Shown here in pieces: positions 51,687 through 60,806 of a DNA stretch of 64,000 nt. The stretch comes from Thermoplasmata archaeon (GTDB taxonomy: Archaea; Thermoplasmatota; Thermoplasmata; Lutacidiplasmatales; UBA184). Positions within the stretch are counted from its first letter, which is position 1; each line of letters opens with the position of its first letter. The position numbers and the translations under genes are program-made. The stretch is taken from NCBI GenBank assembly GCA_049585415.1, contig JBAUZT010000005.1:3480-67479 (forward strand). Direction: 5' to 3'. The notes under the pieces were generated by a model. That model did no database searches and was not told the DNA's origin. It worked only from the letters and a program-made list of their open reading frames with translations.

Positions 51687-54600
51687 CCGTCTCGCTCCCG
51701 TCGAAGGTGATGCTCCTCGGCAGCGGCGCCCTCAAGATCGGCGAAGCCGGGGAGTTCGACTACTCGGGGAGCCAATGCTTGAAGGCGCTCTCGGAAGAGG
51801 GCGTCTACGCGATCGTCGTCAACCCGAACATCGCGACCCTGCAGACCGACCCTCCCGAGTGCGGTCGGGTCTACTTCCAGCCCCTCGTCCCCGAGTTCGT
51901 CGCCCCGATCCTCGAGGCGGAGCGCCCGGAGGGGATCCTCCTCTCGTTCGGCGGCCAGACCGCGCTCAACTGCGGCGTCCAGCTCTCGGATTCCGGGGCG
52001 CTCAAGCGGTCCGGCACCCGCGTGCTCGGCACGCCCCTGCTCGGGATCAAGGCGACCGAGGACCGCGCGAAGTTCGTCCGCATCATGGCCCGAGCGCGGG
52101 TGCCGACCCTGCCGAGCCGCGCGGTGTACAGCTACGAGGAGGCGGTGGAAGCGGCGACGACGCTCGGCTACCCCGTGATGGTCCGGGTCGCCTACACCCT
52201 CGGGGGAAAGGGCGGCGGCGTCGCGCGGGACGCGGAGGAGCTCCGCGAGGTCGCCGCCCGCGGCCTCCGCGCGAGTCCCGTCGGCCAGATCCTCCTCGAG
52301 CGGTACGTCGGCACGTTCAAGCAGCTCGAGTACGAGGTCGTCCGCGACGCGAAGGCGAACACGCTCACCGTCTGCAACATGGAGAACGTCCTCAACATGC
52401 GCGTCCATACCGGGGACAACATCGTCGTCGCGCCGAGCCAGACGCTCACCGACCACGAGTACCAGATGCTGCGACAGGCGGCGCTCCGCGCCGCGGACGC
52501 GGTCGGGATCGTCGGCGAGTGCAACATCCAGTTCTGTCTCGACCCGGTGAGCGAGGAGTACTACGCGATCGAGATCAACGCGCGCCTCTCGCGTTCGAGC
52601 GCGCTCGCGAGCAAGGCGACGGGCTACCCGCTCGCCTACGTCGCGGCGAAGCTCGCGCTGGGGTATACCCTCCCCGAACTCAAGAACCGCGTCACGGGCG
52701 TGACGACCGCGTGCTTCGAGCCGGCGCTCGACTACGTCGTCGTGAAGCTCCCCCGCTGGGACCTCGACAAGTTCGAGCGCGCCGACCGTCGGCTCGGTCC
52801 CGCGATGAAGTCGGTCGGCGAGGTGATGGGGATCGGCGCCTCCTTCCCCGAGGCGATCTCGAAGGCCGTCCGGATGGGCGACCCCCGCGCGGACCTACTG
52901 CCGCCCGCGGAGATCCGGGACCGCGAAGCGATCCTCGCCGACCTCGCCCAGCCGACCCCGGAGATCCTCCACCGGGTCCTCGAGGCCCTGCGCGCGGGCA
53001 TCGACACCGAGACGATCGCGCAGCGGTCGTGGATCGACCGGTGGTTCGTCGACTGCCTCGGCGAGATCGACGTGGCGCACCGGGCCCTCGAAGCGGTCGA
53101 GGGGCGGAACGTTTCCCCGGCGCTGATGCGCCGCGCGAAGGAGCTCGGGCTCTCCGACCGCGCGATCGGGCGCGCCGCGCGGCTCGACGAGGAGGAGGTC
53201 CGGCGTCGCCGCCTCGCCGACGGGATCCGCCCGCGGGTGCGGATGATCGACACGCTCGCGGGCGAGTGGCCCGCGAAGACGAACTACCTCTACCTCACCT
53301 ACCGGGCCGACGCGGACGACGTACGGCCGATGCCCAAGGGCTCGGTCCTCGTCGTCGGGGCCGGGCCCTACCGCATCGGCTCGAGCGTCGAGTTCGACTG
53401 GTCGACGATGAACCTCGTCGACGGGCTGAAGGCGGAGGGGGTGCCGGGCGTCTCCGTCCTGAACTCGAACCCCGAGACGGTCTCCACCGACTACGACCGC
53501 TCCGACCGGCTCTACTTCGAGGAGATCACGCTCGAGCGGGTGCGCGACCTGGTCGATTTCGAGTCGTTCACGGGCGTCGTCACGTGCGTCGGCAGCCAGC
53601 TCGCGCAAAATCTCACGCCCCTCCTCCAGATGTGCGGGATCCCCATCCTCGGGACGGCCTCGAAGTCGATCGACACCGCGGAGGACCGCGCCCAGTTCGC
53701 GCGCCTCTTGGAGAAGCTCAAGATCCCGCAACCGGCCTGGCGCGCCTTCACGACGGTCGACGAGGCGGGGGCCTTCGCGGACGAGGTCGGCTACCCCGTG
53801 CTCGTCCGTCCGTCCTACGTCCTGAGCGGACAGGCGATGCGGGTCATCTCGGGCCGCGCCGACCTCGCCCGGTTCCTCTCCGAGGCGGCGCGGGTCTCCC
53901 CGCAGCACCCGGTCGTCCTCACGAAGTTCGTCGAAGGGGCCGACGAGGTCGAGCTCGACGGGATCTCCGACGGCCACCGGGTCCTCGTCGGCGGGATCTT
54001 GGAGCACGTCGAACGGGCCGGGGTCCACTCGGGGGATGCGATCTTCTGCCTACCGCCACGCCATACCTCCACCGAGGTCCAGTCGAAGCTCCTCGAGGCG
54101 GCGGGCCGCCTCGCGCGCACGCTCGAGATCCGGGGCCCCTTCAACGTTCAGTTCCTGGTCAAGGACGAGGCGTACCAGATCATCGAGCTCAACCTCCGCG
54201 CGAGCCGTTCGCTCCCGTTCCTCGCGAAGGCGACCGGGGTCCCGCTGCTCCGGGAGGCCGCGCGGGCGATGCTCGGGAAGCCGATCTCTCGCGAGGGGGT
54301 CGCTCCGCTCCCGCCGGGTCGATGGGGCGTGAAGGTTCCCCAGTTCTCGTTCCTCCAACTTACCGGCTCGGACCCGCTCCTCGGCGTCGAGATGCAGTCG
54401 ACCGGCGAGGTTGCCTGCTTCGGACCGACGTTCTCGGACGCCCTCGTGAAGGCGCTCGTCGCCACCGGGGTTCGTCTGGTCCCGCGTCGCGGTACCGCGT
54501 TCCTTTCGGTCGGGGGTCCTGCGCTCAAGGAACAGCTCCTGCCCGTGGCGCAGCATCTCCGCACCCTGGGCCTCGGGGTCTCGGCGACCGAGGACACCGG

Positions 54601-54988
54601 GGCGTTCCTTGCCGCGCGTGGGGTCCGCGGCGTCCGGATCCTCCACAAGGTGAGCGAGCCGGACCGGCACCCGAACGTCCTCGAGGCGCTCGACCGCGGC
54701 GAGGTCGACCTGCTCCTCAACGTGCCGCTCTCGCTCACCCAGGAGAAGTTCGAGCAGATGCTCGAGGACGAGTACATCCTTCGGCGCCGGGCGGTCGAGC
54801 TCGGCATCCCGCTCTTCACGAGCCTCGAGGCGTTCGCGGCGTACGTGGACGGGGTCGCCTGGCTCGAGGACCACCCGCTCGTCGTGGAACCGCTCTACGG
54901 CTCGCCCGAACCCGGGGCCGTCCCGGGGGCGAAGTCCCACCAGCTCCCCGTCGTTCCCCGGCGTCGTCGCCGGGGGCGCCGCCACTAG
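51683..54988 (+). CDS. carB: Carbamoyl-phosphate synthase large subunit
   Basis: 1101 aa, duplicated ATP-grasp halves (KVMLLGSGALKIGEAGEFDYSGSQ… and …VLVVGAGPYRIGSSVEFDW…), MGS-like C-terminus. ATG overlaps the carA stop (ATGA). Confidence 0.95.
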   Translation: MTVSLPSKVMLLGSGALKIGEAGEFDYSGSQCLKALSEEGVYAIVVNPNIATLQTDPPECGRVYFQPLVPEFVAPILEAERPEGILLSFGGQTALNCGVQLSDSGALKRSGTRVLGTPLLGIKATEDRAKFVRIMARARVPTLPSRAVYSYEEAVEAATTLGYPVMVRVAYTLGGKGGGVARDAEELREVAARGLRASPVGQILLERYVGTFKQLEYEVVRDAKANTLTVCNMENVLNMRVHTGDNIVVAPSQTLTDHEYQMLRQAALRAADAVGIVGECNIQFCLDPVSEEYYAIEINARLSRSSALASKATGYPLAYVAAKLALGYTLPELKNRVTGVTTACFEPALDYVVVKLPRWDLDKFERADRRLGPAMKSVGEVMGIGASFPEAISKAVRMGDPRADLLPPAEIRDREAILADLAQPTPEILHRVLEALRAGIDTETIAQRSWIDRWFVDCLGEIDVAHRALEAVEGRNVSPALMRRAKELGLSDRAIGRAARLDEEEVRRRRLADGIRPRVRMIDTLAGEWPAKTNYLYLTYRADADDVRPMPKGSVLVVGAGPYRIGSSVEFDWSTMNLVDGLKAEGVPGVSVLNSNPETVSTDYDRSDRLYFEEITLERVRDLVDFESFTGVVTCVGSQLAQNLTPLLQMCGIPILGTASKSIDTAEDRAQFARLLEKLKIPQPAWRAFTTVDEAGAFADEVGYPVLVRPSYVLSGQAMRVISGRADLARFLSEAARVSPQHPVVLTKFVEGADEVELDGISDGHRVLVGGILEHVERAGVHSGDAIFCLPPRHTSTEVQSKLLEAAGRLARTLEIRGPFNVQFLVKDEAYQIIELNLRASRSLPFLAKATGVPLLREAARAMLGKPISREGVAPLPPGRWGVKVPQFSFLQLTGSDPLLGVEMQSTGEVACFGPTFSDALVKALVATGVRLVPRRGTAFLSVGGPALKEQLLPVAQHLRTLGLGVSATEDTGAFLAARGVRGVRILHKVSEPDRHPNVLEALDRGEVDLLLNVPLSLTQEKFEQMLEDEYILRRRAVELGIPLFTSLEAFAAYVDGVAWLEDHPLVVEPLYGSPEPGAVPGAKSHQLPVVPRRRRRGRRH

Positions 54989-55060
54989 GCGTGAGCGGGC
55001 CGGACCGGATCGAATGACGCGACCCGACTTTCCGCCGGCGTGACCGGAATCCCGGAGGGT

Positions 55061-55735
55061 CTACTCGATCGGGAACTTCGTCACCGAGAACTCGGGGACG
55101 ACGGTCGAGGTGTCGAGCACCTCGGGGATCCCGCGGATGCGGTCGGTCACGAAATCGAGGACCGCCCGCTTGTTCGCCGAAGACGGGAAGTCGAGCACCG
55201 CGAGCACGTCCCAGTCGCCCGTGAGGAGGTGGAGCTCCTTGACCTCGGAGAACGTCTCCAAAAGGTTGCGGATACGGTCGAGGTCGCCGCCCTTGACCTT
55301 GATGTAGCTGAACGCACGCTGGTGGCGGAGCTCGGTCGGCATCAGCTCGGAGAGGCGCTCCTCCGTGAACATCTCCACTCCCTCGAGCCGGGGCCCGCGC
55401 GGCGAGGTGAGGACCGGGAACGTCTGGACGTTCCGAAGGTGCTCCGCGATGAGCCGCTCGACCCGTCCCACCTTCTCGATGTCGACGACCTTGACGTGAT
55501 AGCCGCGGCGGCTCGCGACCTCCTCCGTCAGCGCGACGCAGCGGGCCTGGTCGTCCGAGAGGAAGTAGAGCCCCTCCTCCCCGCGGGTGTCGGTCGAACC
55601 TTCTCCCGTCACCGCGGAGGCGCTGGTCGCGCGAGCGCCCGCCACGTTCCCCTCGGTCGTCGGGGGGCGATAGAACGTCGAGATCGCTCGTTTGGACTGC
55701 ACATAAAGGCTCAGTTCCCGGGACGCTTCGGCCAT
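55061..55735 (-). CDS. Protein with C-terminal Lrp/AsnC-type RAM (ligand-binding) domain and a non-HTH, thioredoxin/glutaredoxin-like N-terminal region
   Basis: C-terminal FSYIKVKGGDLDRIRNLLETFSEVKELHLLTGDWDVLAVLDF matches the AsnC RAM fold. The N-terminal 130 aa have no AsnC-type HTH and carry beta-alpha-beta-like segments with a single Cys (YFLSDDQARCVAL…). TTAAATA TATA box 28 nt upstream. Confidence 0.6.
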   Translation of the reverse strand: MAEASRELSLYVQSKRAISTFYRPPTTEGNVAGARATSASAVTGEGSTDTRGEEGLYFLSDDQARCVALTEEVASRRGYHVKVVDIEKVGRVERLIAEHLRNVQTFPVLTSPRGPRLEGVEMFTEERLSELMPTELRHQRAFSYIKVKGGDLDRIRNLLETFSEVKELHLLTGDWDVLAVLDFPSSANKRAVLDFVTDRIRGIPEVLDTSTVVPEFSVTKFPIE

Positions 55736-55762
55736 GGGCGGGTCGGCGAAGCGGGCCGCTCT

Positions 55763-55769
55763 ATTTAAT
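55763..55769 (-). promoter_or_regulatory. TATA box (TTAAATA on the minus strand) 28 nt upstream of the RAM-domain gene start
   Basis: Only AT-rich heptamer in the intergenic region; spacing consistent with a leaderless mRNA. Confidence 0.45.
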
Positions 55770-55842
55770 CCAAGGGGCCGCCGCCCCCGCCCGGTAGGGC
55801 GGGGGAATGGGTTGGGGGGAGGTCTACGGTCGCGCGCTGCGA

Positions 55843-56370
55843 TTAGTAGCGCTTGTAGCTGTCGGAGCGGTCTCGGCCGCCACCGCCGCCACCACCGCCG
55901 CCGCCGCCACCGCTGCCGCCGCCACCGGAGTACCGGCCGCCACCGCCGCCGCCGTAGCCACCGCTGCCGCGGTCACGGAAGCCGCCGCCGCCGAACGAGC
56001 GTCGCTCGCTCTCGAACTCCTGCTGGCTCATGTCGAGCGTCTGGTTGACCTCGGCGATCGCCTCGGTCGACTTCGAGAGGTTCCCGTACCGGCCGACGTT
56101 GAGTCGCATGTGTCCGCGGACGAGGGAGACGTACCCGTTGTCCACGAGGATGACCTCGTCCTTCGCGATCGAGCCGATCTGCTCGTTCCAGAGGGACAGG
56201 GTGATCACGGCCGTGTCGTCCCCGACGACGGCTTCGCAGACCTTCCGGGGGTCACCGAACTTGCCCATGACCTCCTTGGGTTCGCCCACGCTCAGTACTT
56301 TCGCGAGGACGTTCACTTGCTTCGAGTTCGGCGTTAGGTCTCGCACTTTGGTCAGGGGTTTGTCCACCAT
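55843..56370 (-). CDS. ssb: Single-stranded DNA-binding protein (OB fold) with Gly-rich, acidic-tipped C-terminal tail
   Basis: MVDKPLTKVRDLTPNSKQVNVLAKVL…AVVGDDTAVITLSLWNEQ…ILVDNGYVSL matches crenarchaeal-type SSB. The C-terminal (G)n tail is encoded by GGC/GCC repeats. Confidence 0.85.
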   Translation of the reverse strand: MVDKPLTKVRDLTPNSKQVNVLAKVLSVGEPKEVMGKFGDPRKVCEAVVGDDTAVITLSLWNEQIGSIAKDEVILVDNGYVSLVRGHMRLNVGRYGNLSKSTEAIAEVNQTLDMSQQEFESERRSFGGGGFRDRGSGGYGGGGGGRYSGGGGSGGGGGGGGGGGGRDRSDSYKRY

Positions 56371-56635
56371 CTCTTGTCGCCTTCTTGGTTCGCGTTCTGC
56401 GTCGGGGAATCGAGGAGCGACCCCCTTCGTGCGAACACTCGTCGAAAACAGGACGGGCGGGACGCTCGATTCGGGCTGGGCTCTCGGGATTCCTCTGCTC
56501 GGTCATGACCGAGCGGCGAATATAAAGCCGCGCTTCCCGAGTGAGGGCGACGCACGGGAACCCCCTCGGGGGAGCGTGCTCGTGCGGCGGCAGGCTTTTC
56601 CGCGAGTTCCGGCGTCCTCCGCGCGGTAGCGGTCC

Positions 56636-57397
56636 GTGAGCCAGCGTTTCGACCTCGGCGTGCACCACTTTCTTCGTCAGGAATACGACCTCGCGCAGCG
56701 GGCGTTCCGGGACGTGGTCCGGGAGCAGCCGACCGACGCGGGCGCCTGGGCGTACTACGGGATCTGCCTCACGCACCTCGGTCAGGCTCGAGAGGCCGAG
56801 GAGGCCCTCTCGCGCGCCGTCGGCCTCGCCCCGCGGAACAGCGAGGCGTGGTTCCATCTCGGGATCGCCCGGTCGCTCCGCGAGGAGTGGGGGACCGCGG
56901 CCGTCGCTTACCGACGGACGGTCGCGCTCACGCCCGACGACATGGTCGCCTGGCACCGGCTCGGGGTCGCCCTCGCCGAATCGGGGGACGAGACCGGCGC
57001 CGCGGCGGCGTTCGAACGCGCCCTCGTCCTCTCGCGCGACGGTACTCCCGGAGAGGGAGGGGGCCGCGCGTTCTCCCGCCCGACGGGCGACGATCATGTC
57101 GAGGAGACCGGGGAGCGCGAGGGCACCCGGGAGGCGAAGAGCTGGCTCGAGCTCGCGCTCTCCCTCCTGACCCTCGGGGAGGAGGAGGAAGCGGTCGCCG
57201 CCTACGACCGCGCCTACACCCTCGACCCCGAGCGCGCCTCCCGTTCGCTCTTCCGTCCGATGCTGAAGCTCCTGACCGCGGTCGAGGGGGCGGGCACCCC
57301 GGTCGCGGGGGGCATCGCGGTCGACCTGCCCGGACGTCCGACCGCCCCGTCGATGCGGCGGCCGGCGCCCGGGGTCGGTCGTCCCGAGATCCAGTGA
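56636..57397 (+). CDS. TPR-repeat protein
   Basis: Canonical 34-aa repeats (AWAYYGICLTHLGQAREAEEALSRAVGLAP; AWFHLGIARSLREEWGTAAVAYRRTVALTP; AWHRLGVALAESGDETGAAAAFERAL). GTG start immediately after an in-frame TAG. Confidence 0.7.
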   Translation: MSQRFDLGVHHFLRQEYDLAQRAFRDVVREQPTDAGAWAYYGICLTHLGQAREAEEALSRAVGLAPRNSEAWFHLGIARSLREEWGTAAVAYRRTVALTPDDMVAWHRLGVALAESGDETGAAAAFERALVLSRDGTPGEGGGRAFSRPTGDDHVEETGEREGTREAKSWLELALSLLTLGEEEEAVAAYDRAYTLDPERASRSLFRPMLKLLTAVEGAGTPVAGGIAVDLPGRPTAPSMRRPAPGVGRPEIQ

Positions 57398-57413
57398 ACC
57401 CGTCGGGCGCGCC

Positions 57414-58562
57414 CTAGAGCGGCTTGGGCGGCACGGTCACGATCGTCGACTCGGCCCAGTCCTTGACCTTCTCCCGCGCCTCGGCGTGGCGTTCGTAGAA
57501 CTGCTGGACCCGCTCGATCAGCTGCCCCTTGCAGTCCCCGCAGAGGAGCTCGCCCGACCGGCACGTCCGCGTGATCTCGGCGAACTTCGCGTCCGACTCT
57601 GCGAACCGGGTCCTCCAGAGCGCCCACACCGAGCAGATCTCGGGGGTCGCGCCGAGGCGCCGCTGCTCCTCGACCGTCGCCCGTCCGCCGGTGAACGCGG
57701 CGCGGAGCTTCCGCTCGACGACCCACGGCTCGTCGTTCAGGAAGAGCGCGTCGTCCGCGCGGTTCCCGCTCGTCGACATCGACCCCTCGCCGAGGAGCCC
57801 CGGGACCATCTGGGAGTGTAGGAGCGAGGGCTTCGGGTAGCCGAGGCCCTCCGCGATGTCCCGCGTCAATCGGAAGTGCGGGTCCTGGTCGATCCCGCAC
57901 GGGATCAGGCACGGGACCGACCGGTTCTCTGCCCACGACGGGAAGAAGCACGGGACGCTCTGGAGCGCCGTGTAGAAGACGAGCCCGATGTTGGTGCTCG
58001 GTTCGAAGCCGAAGACCGCCTTCACGTTCGAGTAGGGGATCTTGCGGGCGACCCGGATCGCGAGCGGGTAGAGCGCGGCGATCGAGCGGGAGTCGAAGAA
58101 CGTATGCGTCCGCTTGGGGTCGAAGCCGAGCGCGAGGATGTCGTAGAGGTTCTCGAGACCCCAGTGCGCGGTCTCCTCGCGGGTGAGCCCGCCCCGGGCC
58201 CAGTACTTCTCGTCGTCGGTGATCTGGATGTACATCGGGACCCCGAGGCGGCGCTGCAGCCACAGGCAGAGGTCGAACTGCACGAGGTGCGAGGTGTGGA
58301 GCGGGCCGGACGGTCCGCGGCCCGAGTAGACGAAGAACGGCTTCCCGTGGGCGTAGTCGTCGAGGAGGGTCGCGAGGTCGCGGTGGGAGTAGTAGATCCC
58401 CCGCGAGAGCAGAGGGTGGAGCTCTCCGCCCGCGAGGTGATGGATCTTGGCGAGGAGCTCCGCGGTGAGTTCCTGCGTCCCGAACATCTCGCGGAGGCGA
58501 GCGTAGTCGATCTTTCCCTTGACCTCGTACGGCGTAACGGAGAACTCGTCCGGCGCCGGCAT
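57414..58562 (-). CDS. trpS: Tryptophan--tRNA ligase, archaeal type (class Ic aaRS)
   Basis: HIGH-region GPSGPLHTSHL and KMSKS-like SMSTSG; C-terminal Cys cluster; 382 aa. Confidence 0.85.
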   Translation of the reverse strand: MPAPDEFSVTPYEVKGKIDYARLREMFGTQELTAELLAKIHHLAGGELHPLLSRGIYYSHRDLATLLDDYAHGKPFFVYSGRGPSGPLHTSHLVQFDLCLWLQRRLGVPMYIQITDDEKYWARGGLTREETAHWGLENLYDILALGFDPKRTHTFFDSRSIAALYPLAIRVARKIPYSNVKAVFGFEPSTNIGLVFYTALQSVPCFFPSWAENRSVPCLIPCGIDQDPHFRLTRDIAEGLGYPKPSLLHSQMVPGLLGEGSMSTSGNRADDALFLNDEPWVVERKLRAAFTGGRATVEEQRRLGATPEICSVWALWRTRFAESDAKFAEITRTCRSGELLCGDCKGQLIERVQQFYERHAEAREKVKDWAESTIVTVPPKPL

Positions 58563-58575
58563 CGTCCTCGGCCCG

Positions 58576-58884
58576 TCAGGTTTCGGGGAAGGAGATCTTG
58601 GAGAGGATCGACTCGCGTTCTCCGAGCGGCACGCCCGCGCTGCTGAGCGCCTCGGCGACGCACGAGCGAGAGTGCTCGAAATGGATCGAGTGCCCGCACG
58701 CCGGGCACGACCCCCAGCCCTCGATGAGCCGACGGAGCCCTTCGCGCGACGTCGACGAATCCCGCCGCGCGAACCGGTCGACGAGGATCGCCCCCCCCGC
58801 CTGGTTCTCGAGGTTCGACAGCGGAACCCGAACGGGAGTGTTGCAGATCGGGCAACGCGCGGGATTTCGGCAAGTGCAGGTCAT
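58576..58884 (-). CDS. Hypothetical small zinc-ribbon protein
   Basis: CTC…CPIC and CPACGH Cys pairs; 102 aa; lies 13 nt upstream of trpS on the same strand. A competing plus-strand ORF exists, so confidence is low. Confidence 0.4.
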   Translation of the reverse strand: MTCTCRNPARCPICNTPVRVPLSNLENQAGGAILVDRFARRDSSTSREGLRRLIEGWGSCPACGHSIHFEHSRSCVAEALSSAGVPLGERESILSKISFPET

Positions 58885-58988
58885 GTGCGAGAGGTACCGG
58901 TCGACCCGACCTAAAAGACCGCCGGGCCCGTCCCGTGGGCGTCCGGTGGACGGATAGACTCAAGAATGAGGACGGACGGTGACGGAGC

Positions 58989-59324
58989 GTGCTCGACACG
59001 CCCGAAGGCCAAGCGCGCGAAATGCACCTCGAGATGCTCGAGGTGCTGAAACTGTTGAACCGGGTCGAAGAGGAGCACGGATCGGTCGACGGTCTCGAGC
59101 GGGAGGAGGTCGTCCACCTCCTCGGGAAGGTCGGCTTTCCCGCCGCGACGATCGAGGACGCGAGCCGCACCCTCAGCCTCCTGATGGCGAACCAGCTCGC
59201 GAGAGTGCTCACCGACTCGGAGTACGCCTGGGACCGCGGGCGGGTCGTCGGCGAGCGTTTCGCGATCACCCTCGAAGGGAAGCGTCTCCTCCTGAAAGAG
59301 CTCGAAAAGGTCGGCCGGGTCTAG
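58989..59324 (+). CDS. Hypothetical small winged-helix-like protein (paralog 1)
   Basis: LEVLKLLNRVEEEHG…LSLLMANQLARVL…ERFAITLEGKRLLLKEL; shares a conserved LNRVE…H motif and a C-terminal ITxxGKxxL hairpin with 60378–60731. Confidence 0.55.
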   Translation: MLDTPEGQAREMHLEMLEVLKLLNRVEEEHGSVDGLEREEVVHLLGKVGFPAATIEDASRTLSLLMANQLARVLTDSEYAWDRGRVVGERFAITLEGKRLLLKELEKVGRV

Positions 59325-59366
59325 CGACCCCCGCTCCGCTATCTCTCTTCGCACTTCCCCCTCTGC

Positions 59367-60311
59367 GTGGGGCGATCGACCCGGAGTCGACATTTCACCG
59401 TCGAACGGCTCGCGCCGGGGGTCCATGCTGCGATCGCCACTCCAACCGGTGCCGGTCTCTGCAACTCGGGGATCGTCGACCTCGGGGGTGCCTCGGTGGT
59501 CTTCGACACCATGCTGACCCCAGCCGCGGGGGCCGCGCTCGCTCGGGTCGCCGAGCGGACCACGGGTCATAAACCGACGTGGATCGTCAACAGCCACTAT
59601 CACGGCGACCACATCTGGGGGAACGCGTCGTTCCCGGAAGGCCACGTCGTCTCCTCGCGGCGGGTCCGGGACGCCGTGCTCCAACGGAGCCAGCTCCAGC
59701 TCGACGCCTGCCGGCGGGAGTTCCCGAAGGAGCTCGCGAGAATGTCGAGGGCGGATTCCCCGGTCCCGCCGGTCGACCGACCCGAGGTCCGCGCGTGGTA
59801 CCGGTCGACCCTCGCCGCCGCGCCCACGCTTCGGATCGTGCCCCCGGAGCTGACGTTCCGTGAGGAGGTCGTCCTCCAAGGCCGTCGCCGCTCGATCCAC
59901 CTGATCACGTACGGGGGTGGTCACTCCCCCAGCGACGTCTTCGCCTACCTGCCCGAGGAGCGCATCGTCTTCACCGGGGACCTCGTAATGGTCGGCTACC
60001 ACCCTTCGGTGGGGGACGGATACCCCGACGAGTTCATTCGGATCCTCCGCGAGATGCGGCGGCATCGCGCCGACGTCCTCCTCCCCGGTCACGGACCGGT
60101 CGGGACCGGGCGGTCGCTCGAGCGGAATCTCGGGTACTGGCTCAACCTCCGGAAGGCCGTGTCGACGGCGATCCGCCACGGGGCCGGCCCGGGGGCGGTG
60201 GCGCAGCTCCCGATACCGCGCGCCTACCGCGATTGGCGTTTTTCGTTCATGTTCCCGGAGAACGCCCTGCGAATCTACCGGCATCTCCGAAAGCGAGCGC
60301 CACCGAGGTGA
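59367..60311 (+). CDS. MBL-fold metallo-hydrolase
   Basis: HxHxDH motif NSHYHGDHIWG, downstream His (ITYGGGHSPSD, LPGHGP); 314 aa. Confidence 0.85.
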   Translation: MGRSTRSRHFTVERLAPGVHAAIATPTGAGLCNSGIVDLGGASVVFDTMLTPAAGAALARVAERTTGHKPTWIVNSHYHGDHIWGNASFPEGHVVSSRRVRDAVLQRSQLQLDACRREFPKELARMSRADSPVPPVDRPEVRAWYRSTLAAAPTLRIVPPELTFREEVVLQGRRRSIHLITYGGGHSPSDVFAYLPEERIVFTGDLVMVGYHPSVGDGYPDEFIRILREMRRHRADVLLPGHGPVGTGRSLERNLGYWLNLRKAVSTAIRHGAGPGAVAQLPIPRAYRDWRFSFMFPENALRIYRHLRKRAPPR

Positions 60312-60377
60312 TTCCGCTCTGCCGGCGGGTGGAACCAAGGGTGCTTTAAGTAGGTGGACGCCGCGTAGTAGTCGAGC

Positions 60378-60731
60378 ATGGCTACCGGAGACGCCCCGCC
60401 GGACCCGGTCCGGGCGACGCTCGTTGCGATCCTCCAGCAGCTGAATCGTGTGGAGTCGATGCACGAGGGTCAAGCGCGCGACCAGGCGCTCGCGCTCGCG
60501 GACCTCGAACGGATGCTGGGGAAGTTCTGGGCCATCGAGCAGGAGCTCGTGAAGGTGCCGCTCGCGCTCGGGCTCCTCGTCCGGAACGGGATGGTCGAGG
60601 TGCAATCCGGCGGGAACTATCCGAGCTCGAACAAGGGGGTCCGGACGACGCCCAAGGCGCACTACCGCATCACGGCCGGTGGGAAGCAGTTCCTCGTCGA
60701 CAACCTCCAGAAGAGCGAGCGGATCGCCTGA
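60378..60731 (+). CDS. Hypothetical small winged-helix-like protein (paralog 2)
   Basis: VAILQQLNRVESMHEG…LGLLVRNGMVEV…AHYRITAGGKQFLVDNL; paralogous to 58989–59324. Confidence 0.55.
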   Translation: MATGDAPPDPVRATLVAILQQLNRVESMHEGQARDQALALADLERMLGKFWAIEQELVKVPLALGLLVRNGMVEVQSGGNYPSSNKGVRTTPKAHYRITAGGKQFLVDNLQKSERIA

Positions 60732-60806
60732 AATCCACCGCCGGTGGCGACCCCGATTTCCCCTCGGTAGAACCGTTAAGTAGACCCCGTGGGTGGGCGT
60801 GCCCCC

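Noticed and set aside
56252-57097. 281-aa minus-strand ORF opposite the TPR gene, and the plus-strand ORF 58598–58957 opposite the small zinc-ribbon gene
   Set aside because: The TPR reading frame shows textbook 34-residue repeats, whereas the antisense translation is Arg/Gly/Pro-rich. For 58576–58884 the choice is less certain, hence the low confidence on that feature.
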